A DNA stretch of 64,000 bases from an uncultured virus (IMG/VR IMGVR_UViG_3300012274_000057). Its lineage: Duplodnaviria > Heunggongvirae > Uroviricota > Caudoviricetes. Of the stretch, positions 1 to 10,362 are shown piece after piece. Location: positions 62,001 to 126,000 of IMG/VR virus record IMGVR_UViG_3300012274_000057, one strand, 5' to 3'. Position 1 is the stretch's first letter, and each line of letters begins with the position of its first letter. A program made the position numbers and the translations under genes. The notes below the pieces were generated by a model, which saw only the letters and a program-made list of their open reading frames with translations, was not told the origin of the DNA and ran no database searches.

Positions 1-71
1 TAATTAAATAATAATTAATAGACTATGTAACAGTATAATAATTTTAAATTTGTTAGGAGTTGTAAATAAAA

Positions 72-596
72 ATGATTTTAGGTGGAAAAGAAATAATTAA
101 AAGAGTAGAAAAGGGAGATATCTATATAGATAACTTTGATCCCGAGAAAGTAAATCCAAATAGCTATAATCTTACTTTAAATAATAAACTTCTAGTTTAT
201 ACTGGAGATGTCTTAGATATGAAATCTCCCAATAAATACAGAACAATAGAGATTCCAGAAGAGGGGTTAGTGCTTCAACCAGGAACATTATATTTGGCTA
301 GAACTAACGAAAGAACTATTACTGAAAAACTAGTACCAATGTTGGAAGGCAGATCTTCTATAGGAAGATTAGGAATGTCCATTCATGTAACAGCTGGATT
401 TGGCGATGTAGGATTTGATGGGTTTTGGACTTTAGAAATCTATTGTGTACAACCCTTAAAAATATATCCTAATGTAGAAATATGTCAAATATACTATCAT
501 ACAATTGATGGTGAATATGATAAATATAGAAGTGGTAAATATCAATTCAATGTAGATATTCAACCAAGTCTTTTATATAAAGATTTTCAAAAATAA
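72..596 (+). CDS. dcd: dCTP deaminase
   Basis: NPNSYNLTL, EGRSSIGRLG, AGFGDVGFDG and ICQI motifs; AGGAG RBS. Confidence 0.93.
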   Translation: MILGGKEIIKRVEKGDIYIDNFDPEKVNPNSYNLTLNNKLLVYTGDVLDMKSPNKYRTIEIPEEGLVLQPGTLYLARTNERTITEKLVPMLEGRSSIGRLGMSIHVTAGFGDVGFDGFWTLEIYCVQPLKIYPNVEICQIYYHTIDGEYDKYRSGKYQFNVDIQPSLLYKDFQK

Positions 597-614
597 TTAA
601 AAGGGGATGGAGAT

Positions 615-881
615 ATGAGAGAATTAACATTATCGGATTTATTGAATGGATTTAAAATAGCCAGAGAAGAGGAATTTAAATTTATGGCTGTAAAAATAAG
701 TATGCAAGGATTTGATAAGCCAGAAATCATTATAAATTCTAAGGAGAATTTTGAAACCAAAGCAGCTTATTATCAAAAAGCATACAATGAAGATTTAACT
801 TTGAAAACCTTTAATGGAATCAAAATTGAGAATTTTGCATATGCTAATTCATTTGACGATATTCAGACAGTTCTGATATGA
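615..881 (+). CDS. hypothetical phage protein (88 aa)
   Basis: ORF with GGAG RBS, followed by terminator hairpin 883-906. Confidence 0.8.
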   Translation: MRELTLSDLLNGFKIAREEEFKFMAVKISMQGFDKPEIIINSKENFETKAAYYQKAYNEDLTLKTFNGIKIENFAYANSFDDIQTVLI

Positions 882-964
882 TAAAATAGGACAATTGTCC
901 TATTTTATTTTTTTAATGTATCACCAACATATTAATATAGGAAAGTATAGGGAGGAATTTATTT

Positions 965-1894
965 ATGAGAATATATTTAGGTGACAAATTTTACAAGTAT
1001 ATAGAGAAGGAAGATAGAGTCGAAATTATTAGAATCATTAAAATAAAAAATGAAGATAGTTTCGTAGCAATGTCAGAAAATAATGAAACACTTAGATTTA
1101 ATAAAGAGAATTTACTAAAAGAATATACTAAGATAAAAGGAGATGGAATGTTAGCTTTCAATCTAGTAGATTTAGATGCAGATGCTAAGGATGTAATTAT
1201 TGCATTATATAGAAATAGTGATTTAGAAAGTGGAGATACACTTCCATATTGTTGCTGTAGACAAAATATAGTGGACTTATTTTCTAATATTATTAAAACG
1301 GAAAATGATACACATATGTATGTAGGAATGTCTGTAAGTAAAGATACTATTCCAGAAGATACACCTTATGAAATTACATTAGCATGTAATGGTATATCTT
1401 ATTCAATAATGGTTACTATTTATATGGATGATACTTTAGATGAAATATTAAATATGGTTAAAACAGATAAGTTTGATATGGGGCTATTTAAATTATATAA
1501 TAGTATTGATAGGAATAAAGTAATAGGATACTATAAATCTTTAAAAGAATTACTTCAAGGGTGTAATTTTATGTATGACTTTTATAAAGCATTTAATATA
1601 TATGAAGTTCCATTTAAAGTGAGTATAAATGGGGATTATTCATTACCAATAGAACAACATAGATATCTAGAAGATGAAATAAGGGTTGAAATGTTTAGAA
1701 CGTATGTAATGGAATATTCTAAAGAGATCGATCTTAAAAAAGTTGAAAGAAATTATATTATGGTTATAGATATCGAAATGAAAGCATATATAATTGCTTA
1801 CGACAAAGGTGAGTATATTAATAGAAAATATCAAAACTTAATAAAGGATAAAAGAGAGGCTATAACAATGTTGAAAAACAAAAAACATTTATAA
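965..1894 (+). CDS. hypothetical protein (309 aa)
   Basis: Long ORF, GGAGG RBS, AACA-N6-TA motif at 926-937. Confidence 0.8.
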   Translation: MRIYLGDKFYKYIEKEDRVEIIRIIKIKNEDSFVAMSENNETLRFNKENLLKEYTKIKGDGMLAFNLVDLDADAKDVIIALYRNSDLESGDTLPYCCCRQNIVDLFSNIIKTENDTHMYVGMSVSKDTIPEDTPYEITLACNGISYSIMVTIYMDDTLDEILNMVKTDKFDMGLFKLYNSIDRNKVIGYYKSLKELLQGCNFMYDFYKAFNIYEVPFKVSINGDYSLPIEQHRYLEDEIRVEMFRTYVMEYSKEIDLKKVERNYIMVIDIEMKAYIIAYDKGEYINRKYQNLIKDKREAITMLKNKKHL

Positions 1895-1961
1895 TTATAT
1901 ATTATTGTAATAGAAGTATTATACTTCTATTACAATTTATTTTAAAGGAGAGATAATATTA

Positions 1962-2210
1962 ATGATAAATATATTTAAGAAAGGTCATAAAACATTGACT
2001 TCAGATGCAGAAACATGGGTAGTAAGATGGTATAGAAGATACGGGAAATTTATGGATGATTATGAAGAGACTGCACAATTTTTTACTAATAAAGACGAAG
2101 CAAAAGCATTCGCAGATTCATTAAAAAGAGCAAATAAATTATTAGGTCATACAGCAGGTCACTTAACAACGATAATTTGCGAGAAAGTGAAAAATAATGG
2201 ATGTGATTAA
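1962..2210 (+). CDS. small hypothetical early protein
   Basis: AAGGAGAG RBS; TATATATTAT motif at 1896-1905. Confidence 0.75.
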   Translation: MINIFKKGHKTLTSDAETWVVRWYRRYGKFMDDYEETAQFFTNKDEAKAFADSLKRANKLLGHTAGHLTTIICEKVKNNGCD

Positions 2211-2262
2211 AATAATGGTTTTAAATGCAAATATATTAAAAATAAAGGAGTAAGTAGATGAA

Positions 2263-2968
2263 GATAAAGGAAATTTAATATACTTTAAAAATTCCAATGA
2301 AGAATGGAGGGAATATGATGATAAAGGGCTCATCAATTATGAAAGAAAAAGGATATGAAGAATGGAAAGAATATGATGAAAAAGGAAATATGATTCATTA
2401 TAAAGATTCCAAAGGATGCGAGTATTGGAAAGAGTATGATGATAAAGGAAATGTGATTCATTTTAGGAATTCCAAAGGATATGAGTATTGGAAAGAGTAT
2501 GATGATAAAGGAAAATTAACTTATTGTAAAAATGATGGATACGAATATTGGAGAGGATATGATGATAAAGGAAATTTAATTCATTATAAAGATTCTAAAG
2601 GATATGAAGAATGGAATAAATACGATGATAAAGGGAATTTAATACATTGTAGGAGTTCCAATGGATATGAAGAATGGAAAAAATATGATAAAGGAAATAT
2701 GATTCATTATAGAGGTTCTAAAGGATATGAAGAATGGAATAAATACGATGATAAGGGCAATCTAATACATTATAAAGATTCTGATGGAAATGAAAAATGG
2801 AGGGAATATGACGATAAGGGCGATCTAATACATTATAAAGATTCTAATGGATTTGAGGAATGGTATAAATACGATGATAAAGGAAATTTAATATACTTTA
2901 AAAATTCCAATGAAGAATGGAAGGAATATGATAATATAAAGGGATCATCAATTATGAAAGAAAAAGGA
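2263..2968 (+). repeat. ~92-bp direct repeats (2263-2353 and 2876-2968) bracketing a 63-bp tandem repeat array
   Basis: gataaaggaaatttaatatactttaaaaattccaatgaagaatgg...catcaattatgaaagaaaaagga occurs twice, with a few substitutions and a 2-nt indel. Confidence 0.9.
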
Positions 2969-3124
2969 CCCTTTCCATTTCCAAGTAAACTTGTTGAAAA
3001 TTTTGAATGCATTAAAGGTTTTAGTACAGATGAAATAATAGATTTTAATTTTAGTATGATGTATCCTACAATATTAAAGAAAGTATATGGTGACAAAAAT
3101 TATATAATAAAAGAAAAGCATTAG
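2297..3124 (+). CDS. YD-like tandem-repeat protein (about 9.5 x 21-aa GYEEWKEYDDKGNLIHYKDSx) with mosaic C-terminus
   Basis: Repeats visible in translation; true start uncertain because the upstream repeat copy is out of frame. Confidence 0.75.
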   Translation: MKNGGNMMIKGSSIMKEKGYEEWKEYDEKGNMIHYKDSKGCEYWKEYDDKGNVIHFRNSKGYEYWKEYDDKGKLTYCKNDGYEYWRGYDDKGNLIHYKDSKGYEEWNKYDDKGNLIHCRSSNGYEEWKKYDKGNMIHYRGSKGYEEWNKYDDKGNLIHYKDSDGNEKWREYDDKGDLIHYKDSNGFEEWYKYDDKGNLIYFKNSNEEWKEYDNIKGSSIMKEKGPFPFPSKLVENFECIKGFSTDEIIDFNFSMMYPTILKKVYGDKNYIIKEKH

Positions 3125-3139
3125 GAAGGAGAATGTAAT

Positions 3140-3466
3140 ATGTATTTAGTATTAGAATTTAAAGGAAAATTATCAAATGAGGAATGTGAAATAATAAAGG
3201 CGGAAGTTGATGAATTTATATGTTCCTCTGGACGTAATTGCGATGTTCATACAGATATAGGTCATGCGTATATCAAATCACAAGTAGATCACAGAAATGA
3301 TAATTATAAAGATTATGGATTTGATAGACAATTAACAGAGGGTGAGATTATAGAAATAATAAATAATATAGATGATGATTATAAATATGGAAGTATATTT
3401 GAAGAATTGCTAACAACAGTGGACCATCATATTAGTAATAAAACAGTTCATAAACTGAAGTTTTAA
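3140..3466 (+). CDS. hypothetical protein (108 aa)
   Basis: ORF with AAGGAG RBS. Confidence 0.75.
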   Translation: MYLVLEFKGKLSNEECEIIKAEVDEFICSSGRNCDVHTDIGHAYIKSQVDHRNDNYKDYGFDRQLTEGEIIEIINNIDDDYKYGSIFEELLTTVDHHISNKTVHKLKF

Positions 3467-3489
3467 AAGTCAACGAGGAGAAGATTGAT

Positions 3490-4095
3490 ATGGAGATAAA
3501 TAGCAAAGTTAAAAAATCTAATAGAATTGATAAACACTATGAATATGATGAAAATAGTAATATAATCTATTGTAAAGGTCCTAATGGTTATGAATATTGG
3601 AAAAAATACGATGGAAAAGGAAATTTAATATATTATAGAGATTCTAATGGGCTTGAAGAATGGAAAGAATATGATGAAAAAGGAAATCTAATACATCATA
3701 GAGATTCTAGTGGTTATGAATATTGGAAAAAATACGATAATAAAAGAAACATGATTCATTATAAAGATTCCAATGGATGGGAAATATGGAGAAAATATGA
3801 TGATAGAGGGAATTTAATACATTTTAGAGATTCTAGTGGATATGAAGAATGGAAAGAATATGATGAAAATAATAATATAATTCATTATAAAAATTCTACT
3901 GGAGATGAAATCAAATATGAAAATAAATATGATGAAAAAGGAAATCTAATACATTATAGAGATTCTAATGGGTTTGAAGCATGGAATAAATATGATGAAA
4001 AAGGAAATCTAATACATCATAGAGATTCTAGTGGATATGAATATGAAGATAAATACGATGATAAAGGGATTTTTATTTATCATCAAAAGATTTAA
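3490..4095 (+). CDS. YD-like tandem-repeat protein (about 9 x 21-aa units), paralog of 2297-3124
   Basis: Same GYExWxxYDxKGNLIHxRDS repeat; GAGGAG RBS. Confidence 0.85.
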   Translation: MEINSKVKKSNRIDKHYEYDENSNIIYCKGPNGYEYWKKYDGKGNLIYYRDSNGLEEWKEYDEKGNLIHHRDSSGYEYWKKYDNKRNMIHYKDSNGWEIWRKYDDRGNLIHFRDSSGYEEWKEYDENNNIIHYKNSTGDEIKYENKYDEKGNLIHYRDSNGFEAWNKYDEKGNLIHHRDSSGYEYEDKYDDKGIFIYHQKI

Positions 4096-4175
4096 AACTG
4101 AATCCATATGGACAATAAATACGTATACATGTAACAATATATCATATAATTTTTAATTAAAAGGAGAGATTAATT

Positions 4176-4280
4176 ATGAAAACAACAAATAATAAAATGG
4201 AAAGAACTAATGCTATATACGATTCATGGAATAAATATGATGATAAAGGAAATATCATTCATTCTAAATGTATACAATAA
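4176..4280 (+). CDS. 34-aa mini-ORF or remnant carrying one YD-like repeat (MKTTNNKMERTNAIYDSWNKYDDKGNIIHSKCIQ)
   Basis: Translated by hand; canonical AAGGAGAGATTAATTATG start context. Confidence 0.6.
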   Translation: MKTTNNKMERTNAIYDSWNKYDDKGNIIHSKCIQ

Positions 4281-4421
4281 TGCATTTACATGTAATAAAA
4301 AAATATATGGTAAACATAAATATAATTATATATTATAGAAATGTAATAAAGATATAATTTATATTTTTATACAAGATATAAAACAATAAATTAATTTAAA
4401 TTTAAGGGAGGAAAATAAATT

Positions 4422-5186
4422 ATGATGAGAGATTATCAACAAGCAACTAATACTAATAAGGCGAATACTGAGGTAAACCAAAATTCAAAGAAAGAGGACG
4501 ATTACAAAATCGATATCGAACCAATTGAATTCGATGGATTATTAAAGACTAAACTAACAACTACAATGACATTAGGTGCAGATATAAATAGATTATTCAG
4601 AACATTATTTAGTGATTATGAAGGCTGTGTTATTGCACCAAACAATTACAATGGAGCTTTAGAGGCAGTATTATACTTCAAAGACAAAGCAAAAATTGCT
4701 AGAGCAGACGGTAAATTCACTGCGGTAATTCCAAGAATGGAAAAAGTAAGAAGCAGAGAGAATACATCATTCTCACAAATTCAAGTATTCAATGCAAGAA
4801 CAAACACTAAGCAATATGATGTAACAGAAGAATTCAAAGGCTTAATGGCTCAGTTCGTAAATAATCACGGTAAGAAACCAGATTGGAATAGTATGGTATT
4901 CGAATTAAAGAATACAATAAACCAAATGGGTGCTTATGATATCTTAGTTGAAGTTAGAGGATTAGACCTATACAGAATATTAAAGAAAGTATATGGTGAC
5001 AAAAATGGAGATACTAAAGTAGACTACAATATATCTCTAATCAGATCTATTGGAGCTGGAGATGTAGGAGCTTTCAAAAACTTCTTAATCAGCATTCAAC
5101 AATTAGATTCTAAAGAACTAGAAAAACTAGCTTATGAAGTTGGAATGATTCCATCAATGGGTTCAGTTCCAATGATAAGAGGATAA
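4422..5186 (+). CDS. hypothetical protein, probably highly expressed
   Basis: Strong RBS, early motif 4327-4336, frequent TTC/AAC/ATC/TAC codons unlike neighbours, terminator ~5193-5228. Confidence 0.8.
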   Translation: MMRDYQQATNTNKANTEVNQNSKKEDDYKIDIEPIEFDGLLKTKLTTTMTLGADINRLFRTLFSDYEGCVIAPNNYNGALEAVLYFKDKAKIARADGKFTAVIPRMEKVRSRENTSFSQIQVFNARTNTKQYDVTEEFKGLMAQFVNNHGKKPDWNSMVFELKNTINQMGAYDILVEVRGLDLYRILKKVYGDKNGDTKVDYNISLIRSIGAGDVGAFKNFLISIQQLDSKELEKLAYEVGMIPSMGSVPMIRG

Positions 5187-5250
5187 ATTAATTAGAGTGT
5201 AGATTTTCTACACTCTACTTTTTATTTTTTAATTTTAGGAGGTATTTAAA

Positions 5251-5652
5251 ATGGCAGAAGGAAAAACAATAAATTATAATATAATAGATGAATTTGATCA
5301 TATATTTGATGAGAAAGGAAATACATTTTTATCTCTAAGAAAAATACAATGGGGAGAGAAAGGTGGAGTAAAGTTAGATTTAAGAAAATGGTATAATAAT
5401 TCAGATGGAGGAGAAACTGTTGGTAAAGGATTCAGCTTTTTAACAGAAGAAGGACCCCATGAATTAACTAGAATATTAGTTGGTAATAACTTTGGTGATA
5501 CTAAAGAAATATTAGACTCTGTGAAGGAAAGAGAAGATTTTATACCTGCTTTAAAAGCTTCAATAGGAGGAGAGCCAGAAACTTATAAAGATGCATTCAG
5601 TGGGCAGGATTATTATGATCCTTCTGAGATATTTGGAGAGGATGAGGAATAA
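5251..5652 (+). CDS. PC4/YdbC-like ssDNA-binding protein
   Basis: LRKIQWG...KLDLRKW...GKGFSF.TEE pattern and acidic tail. Confidence 0.75.
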   Translation: MAEGKTINYNIIDEFDHIFDEKGNTFLSLRKIQWGEKGGVKLDLRKWYNNSDGGETVGKGFSFLTEEGPHELTRILVGNNFGDTKEILDSVKEREDFIPALKASIGGEPETYKDAFSGQDYYDPSEIFGEDEE

Positions 5653-6704
5653 TGTTTAAAATATCTTTAGAACAACTATTGTATACAAATTATATAAAAT
5701 ATGATAGATTAACTCTATTGATTAATGAAGCATTTAAAGGTTCAAATGCTAATACTGTTAATGTATATATAGATTTATATTCTATATTAAAGGGATTATA
5801 TGTAAATAATTCATATAATATAGAAGACTATTCTATAGTAACATCTTCTATAATAAATCTAGTAGCACACATGAGAGAATTCTTTAAAACTAGATATAGA
5901 GTTTATAGTAAATTTTTCATAGTATATTCTAAAAATTGTCCGTATGTAAATAAACAATTTTATATAGGATATAATAATAAACATGAGTTATCATTTAATG
6001 CTAATAAATTAGTAGATGATATGATAGCTAATAATATTGAACTTTTAAACACTTTATGTCCATACCTGCCAGATATACACTTCATACAAGGTACGTTTGA
6101 GACAGGTGTAATTATGTATGACTTAATATGTAGGAATGAGACAGTAGACAGTAGCCCACATATTATATTATCGAAAGATATGTATAATTATCAATTAGCA
6201 GCTATGAGAGATAATATAACAATCCTACGTCCTAAAAAAGTAAATAAACAAGATGCATCTTATTTTATTAATAAGAATAATTTAATAAATATGTATCTAT
6301 GGGATAAGAAATCTGATTATCAAAATACAATACTTATGCCAGGATTGATAAGTTATATTATGGCTTTATCTTCAGTGCCAGAAAGAAACATTAAATCTGC
6401 TTTCGGAATCAAAAAGACAATGAAGACAATAGAACAAGCAGTTAGTAAATACAAGATAGTCAATGGATATAATTCAGATCCTTTAGGATTCTTTTTCAAT
6501 CTAGATATTGATAAAATTAAAATATGTGATAAGGAATTTGAATGTAGGTTTAAGGCTATAGATATACTGTTCCAGCATAATATATTTATTAATACACCAG
6601 AATGTCAGTCTATAGAATTGAAAGATTTATATGATCCTGAAACAGTTAAAGAAATTAACAATAAATATTTTGTAAAGAATCCATTAGACTTAAATAGATT
6701 ATAG
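5652..6704 (+). CDS. FEN/5'-3' exonuclease (PIN-fold)-like protein, catalytic residues look degenerate
   Basis: VYIDLYS, IILSKD and H3TH-like MALSSVPERNIKSAFGIKK segments. Confidence 0.5.
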   Translation: MFKISLEQLLYTNYIKYDRLTLLINEAFKGSNANTVNVYIDLYSILKGLYVNNSYNIEDYSIVTSSIINLVAHMREFFKTRYRVYSKFFIVYSKNCPYVNKQFYIGYNNKHELSFNANKLVDDMIANNIELLNTLCPYLPDIHFIQGTFETGVIMYDLICRNETVDSSPHIILSKDMYNYQLAAMRDNITILRPKKVNKQDASYFINKNNLINMYLWDKKSDYQNTILMPGLISYIMALSSVPERNIKSAFGIKKTMKTIEQAVSKYKIVNGYNSDPLGFFFNLDIDKIKICDKEFECRFKAIDILFQHNIFINTPECQSIELKDLYDPETVKEINNKYFVKNPLDLNRL

Positions 6705-6761
6705 AAAACATAGTAGTAAGGGTAACACCTTACTACTATTTTATTTTTTGGAGGTTATATT

Positions 6762-7943
6762 ATGGATACAAATAGATATAGATATTCAATTGAGCTAAGA
6801 TATATGAAAGACAAAACAGAATGTGTATTGGATACAACTAATATACACTATATGCTGATAGATTATGATTATGATAATAAAAATATGCCTGTTATTATAA
6901 TGAAACTAGCAATAGATAAAAATTTATTAGATGATATGATAAAAAATTCGTCTAATAAAACAGTAACCCTTATTATCCAAAAATATATATATGATTCCTC
7001 TCCATCGATTAAAGAGGATTATATTAGAAAAGAGTTCATTTATTTTTTATCAGATAATATCAATTATACAAAAGACTTAGATTATAGTGGAGAAAATACA
7101 GATAGAGAGGATATTCATAGAATTGTCGAAATAGGACTTATGGATCAAGATATGATAAATAGTAATAAGAAAGTTATAAATACTGTTGTTCAATCTGGGA
7201 ATCTTTCTAGTTTATTATTAATGTATTTAGGAGATTCTAGAATATTAATGGAGCCTGTAAACAATATAAATATTAATAATTTTATAGTTCCTCCTTTAAA
7301 TAGCAAAACCCAATTTATAAGGTATATTGATAATTGCTTTAATTTGTACAACAGTAGATATAGATTGTTTTATGATTTTGATAAGACTTATTTATTAGGC
7401 TCTACTGGAAATGCTATACCGTCTAAAGAGGAGAAGGCAACATCTATTTTTATTAATGTAGACAATACTGCAGTCCCAGAGTCTAAAACACAGGGTATGT
7501 ATATAGATTATAAAAAAAGAGCTTATATACTAGAAGTAGATACTCAGAATATAGCTATAGCCGAAGATAAAGCCACCCATAGAAGTGTAACAAAGATAAT
7601 TGGAGTAGGTAGCGATGGGAATACTTCGGAAGCTGATATAGCCAATTCTAAAAATAATAAAAGCACAAATATAGAAATTAGAAGGATGATAAATAATAAT
7701 ACCGATAATGTATCTAATATAAAATCAGATATTGATAATTATTCTACTATGGTTAGTATAACAAAAACAGAACTGGACAGCAGTATATTTACTATAAACA
7801 AAGAATATACTATAAACAACTATGATCAATTAAAAGATAAAACAGGCAGATTTTTGTTATCTAGAAAAAGAGAGATATATACAAGAGATGATCATAACTA
7901 TATTCTTACAAGTATTTTAAGTTTAAGGAAAGTAATATCCTAG
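6762..7943 (+). CDS. putative virion (baseplate hub-like) protein
   Basis: Late motif 6707-6718; beta-rich sequence; structural neighbourhood; function inferred. Confidence 0.45.
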   Translation: MDTNRYRYSIELRYMKDKTECVLDTTNIHYMLIDYDYDNKNMPVIIMKLAIDKNLLDDMIKNSSNKTVTLIIQKYIYDSSPSIKEDYIRKEFIYFLSDNINYTKDLDYSGENTDREDIHRIVEIGLMDQDMINSNKKVINTVVQSGNLSSLLLMYLGDSRILMEPVNNININNFIVPPLNSKTQFIRYIDNCFNLYNSRYRLFYDFDKTYLLGSTGNAIPSKEEKATSIFINVDNTAVPESKTQGMYIDYKKRAYILEVDTQNIAIAEDKATHRSVTKIIGVGSDGNTSEADIANSKNNKSTNIEIRRMINNNTDNVSNIKSDIDNYSTMVSITKTELDSSIFTINKEYTINNYDQLKDKTGRFLLSRKREIYTRDDHNYILTSILSLRKVIS

Positions 7944-7967
7944 TACAATACGTACTAGGATATCTTT
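7936..7967. terminator. bidirectional intrinsic terminator
   Basis: atatcctagtac-aatac-gtactaggatat between convergent genes. Confidence 0.8.
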
Positions 7968-9191
7968 TTATTTTTTTGAAATTTTATCAGTTGCATTTTT
8001 AACGCCTTTAGATACTTTATCGAAGAATGAATCCATATTGTCATCATTATTGCCAGATGATTTATCTTTGTTATCATTATAATTGGAACCATTATCCTTG
8101 GCTTTGGTATCTGAAGCGTCATTTTTTACTCCTACATAATCTCTTACATGGAGTTTAATTAACGACATGTATTCTTTATATATCTCTTCAGATATAGTCA
8201 ATTTAGCAGCCAAGAAATCACCACATATTTTAAGATATCTATTTAATCTGTCCCCATCTTCTTTAGCATTAGAAGCATTATTTTTAATATCGTCTTCATT
8301 ACTAGCATTGTCTTTATTTGAAATATTAGTATTAGCCTTAGCTGGATTTGTTTCTTTTGTTTGTTGTTGATTATTACCAGTCGTATTTGTATTATTATTC
8401 TGGTTATTACTTGTACCATTAGGTTCTACCTTTTGTACTTGAAGTTCATTTATGGATATATACCCTTCATTAATATGAGAATAATATTTAGCATCTTCAA
8501 ATATATTAGTAGATTCTTGTATCTCTCCGTCTCTAGCCATCTTATTTATAACTTCTATTGCAGTATTTCCTGCAACTCTTATAGCTCCTATATCTTTTTC
8601 TAAGCTTCTTCTTATTTGATCATAATTATAGCAATAGTTAAAAATATCTGTCATATTTATTTTATTAGAATCCATTTCAATTGGTTCAGAAGAACCCCTA
8701 AATTTAGTTTTCACTTGATCAACAAAAGATGCTTTTGAACTAGGGTTTGTATAATTATTAAAATATGCTGATATAAATGTTTCATCAGAAGATAATTTGT
8801 CTCTCATTGAACCATAATTCAATGCAGGCACTGATGCATTTACCAGTGTTTTTACATCGTATTTATACATAGTTAATTTATAATCTTTCATCTTTTTCTT
8901 TAATATAGTTTCTCTATATTTATCTAGATAGTTCTTATCGGCTTTTACAAGGTTATTCATACCTTCTAAGAATTTACCCCACATTCTAGCTATTGCCGCT
9001 ATTAATTTTTTTATTCCATTTTTAAGAGAATCTACAAATGATTCGTTTATAGCTTTAATATTTACTATATTATTATTTCCTTCAGCTATAAGAAGGCATT
9101 CATTTAAATATCTAGTCATTTTAGCATTTTCTACTACTTCTTCTGCTAAGAACATAGAATATTTTACTAATTCTAAATTATTATTTTCCAT
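7968..9191 (-). CDS. putative internal head protein, paralog family member 4
   Basis: INE|SFVDSLKNGIKKLIAAIARMWGKF: E-cleavage-like site followed by amphipathic helix, shared with neighbours. Confidence 0.6.
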   Translation of the reverse strand: MENNNLELVKYSMFLAEEVVENAKMTRYLNECLLIAEGNNNIVNIKAINESFVDSLKNGIKKLIAAIARMWGKFLEGMNNLVKADKNYLDKYRETILKKKMKDYKLTMYKYDVKTLVNASVPALNYGSMRDKLSSDETFISAYFNNYTNPSSKASFVDQVKTKFRGSSEPIEMDSNKINMTDIFNYCYNYDQIRRSLEKDIGAIRVAGNTAIEVINKMARDGEIQESTNIFEDAKYYSHINEGYISINELQVQKVEPNGTSNNQNNNTNTTGNNQQQTKETNPAKANTNISNKDNASNEDDIKNNASNAKEDGDRLNRYLKICGDFLAAKLTISEEIYKEYMSLIKLHVRDYVGVKNDASDTKAKDNGSNYNDNKDKSSGNNDDNMDSFFDKVSKGVKNATDKISKK

Positions 9192-9204
9192 AATTTATTC
9201 ACCT

Positions 9205-10284
9205 CTAATTTTGTTTATTTAATTTATTACTGTTTACTCTTTGTAAAGATTTATATAATAGTATTTTATCTTGTTTATAGCATTGAGTTATAGCATCTAA
9301 TTTAGCAGAAAATGCTAAACTATGAATAGTAGACATTTCTATAACTTGATTTGCTTTGGTCTTAATAAATAAATCTATTCTAGTCATAGTTTCATTATTA
9401 ACAGTAATGTTTTTAGTAGGGCTATCATATTTATCATCAACAGTTATTCCTAATAATTTACCAGCATCTAAATCTCTATTTCTATAAATCATAGACTGAA
9501 TTTGTTTCTTAATTTGTTCATAATCTAATTCTATCTTCCCTTTAGTATTCTTTGTTTGTTTTTCTATATCCTTATAGTTTTGGAATCTTCCTAGACACGT
9601 CATTACATAATCAGCTGTTGCTGTAATAGTATCTTTAGATGATTTTCCATTTCTATATATAGCAAATAACTCATTTGCAAAATCAGATTGAGGAATAGTA
9701 ATTCCATCTTTACCTATTACTTCTCCTCTAAATCTATCATACCATTCATAATTTAAATCTTGTTTTAAACTACCATGTGCTTTATCAACTGCATTTTTTA
9801 TATTTTCACTATTAGATAGTTCTTCAAATTTTAAACCAACAAATTTCTCATTAAATGAAGCTAAAGCATCAATAACTGGAATTTGTGGTTCTATAGTAAA
9901 TTCGTATCCTTCAAAATCAAATTCATGAATCTTATCAAATGTTGATAATTGATCTTTATGCTTATTAATAAATTTATCAGATGATACCATTTTATTTAGA
10001 TTAATTATAAATCTATTTACTAGATTTTTTATATATTGCAAGAATCTGTCTATTATATCTTTTATTTTACCAAAGAAATCTCCAAATGATTCATTTACAA
10101 TATTATATTCTTGTCCACCTTCTAATATGGACTTATAAAGTATCTTGCTTTCTTCTCTAACTTGATTTTTCATTTCAGAAAGATATTCTAGTGTTGAAAA
10201 GAAAAAAGTTTCTTCTGTTATTGAAACATCTATAGCATTTTTTGTATTTAAATTTTCAGTAAGTAAATTGTTAACTGTAAACAT
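9205..10284 (-). CDS. putative internal head protein, paralog family member 3
   Basis: VNE|SFGDFFGKIKDIIDRFLQYIKNL motif. Confidence 0.6.
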   Translation of the reverse strand: MFTVNNLLTENLNTKNAIDVSITEETFFFSTLEYLSEMKNQVREESKILYKSILEGGQEYNIVNESFGDFFGKIKDIIDRFLQYIKNLVNRFIINLNKMVSSDKFINKHKDQLSTFDKIHEFDFEGYEFTIEPQIPVIDALASFNEKFVGLKFEELSNSENIKNAVDKAHGSLKQDLNYEWYDRFRGEVIGKDGITIPQSDFANELFAIYRNGKSSKDTITATADYVMTCLGRFQNYKDIEKQTKNTKGKIELDYEQIKKQIQSMIYRNRDLDAGKLLGITVDDKYDSPTKNITVNNETMTRIDLFIKTKANQVIEMSTIHSLAFSAKLDAITQCYKQDKILLYKSLQRVNSNKLNKQN

Positions 10285-10362
10285 TATTACACCTCCATAA
10301 TTAATAAAAAATAATGGGATTACCTAATGGTAATCCCATCTTAATCACCTTTAGGTAATCTA

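Noticed and set aside
2263..4095. Diversity-generating retroelement or Rhs toxin suggested by near-identical repeats and YD motifs
   Set aside because: No reverse transcriptase in the window; differences include indels and are not adenine-specific; no Rhs core or toxin-immunity pair
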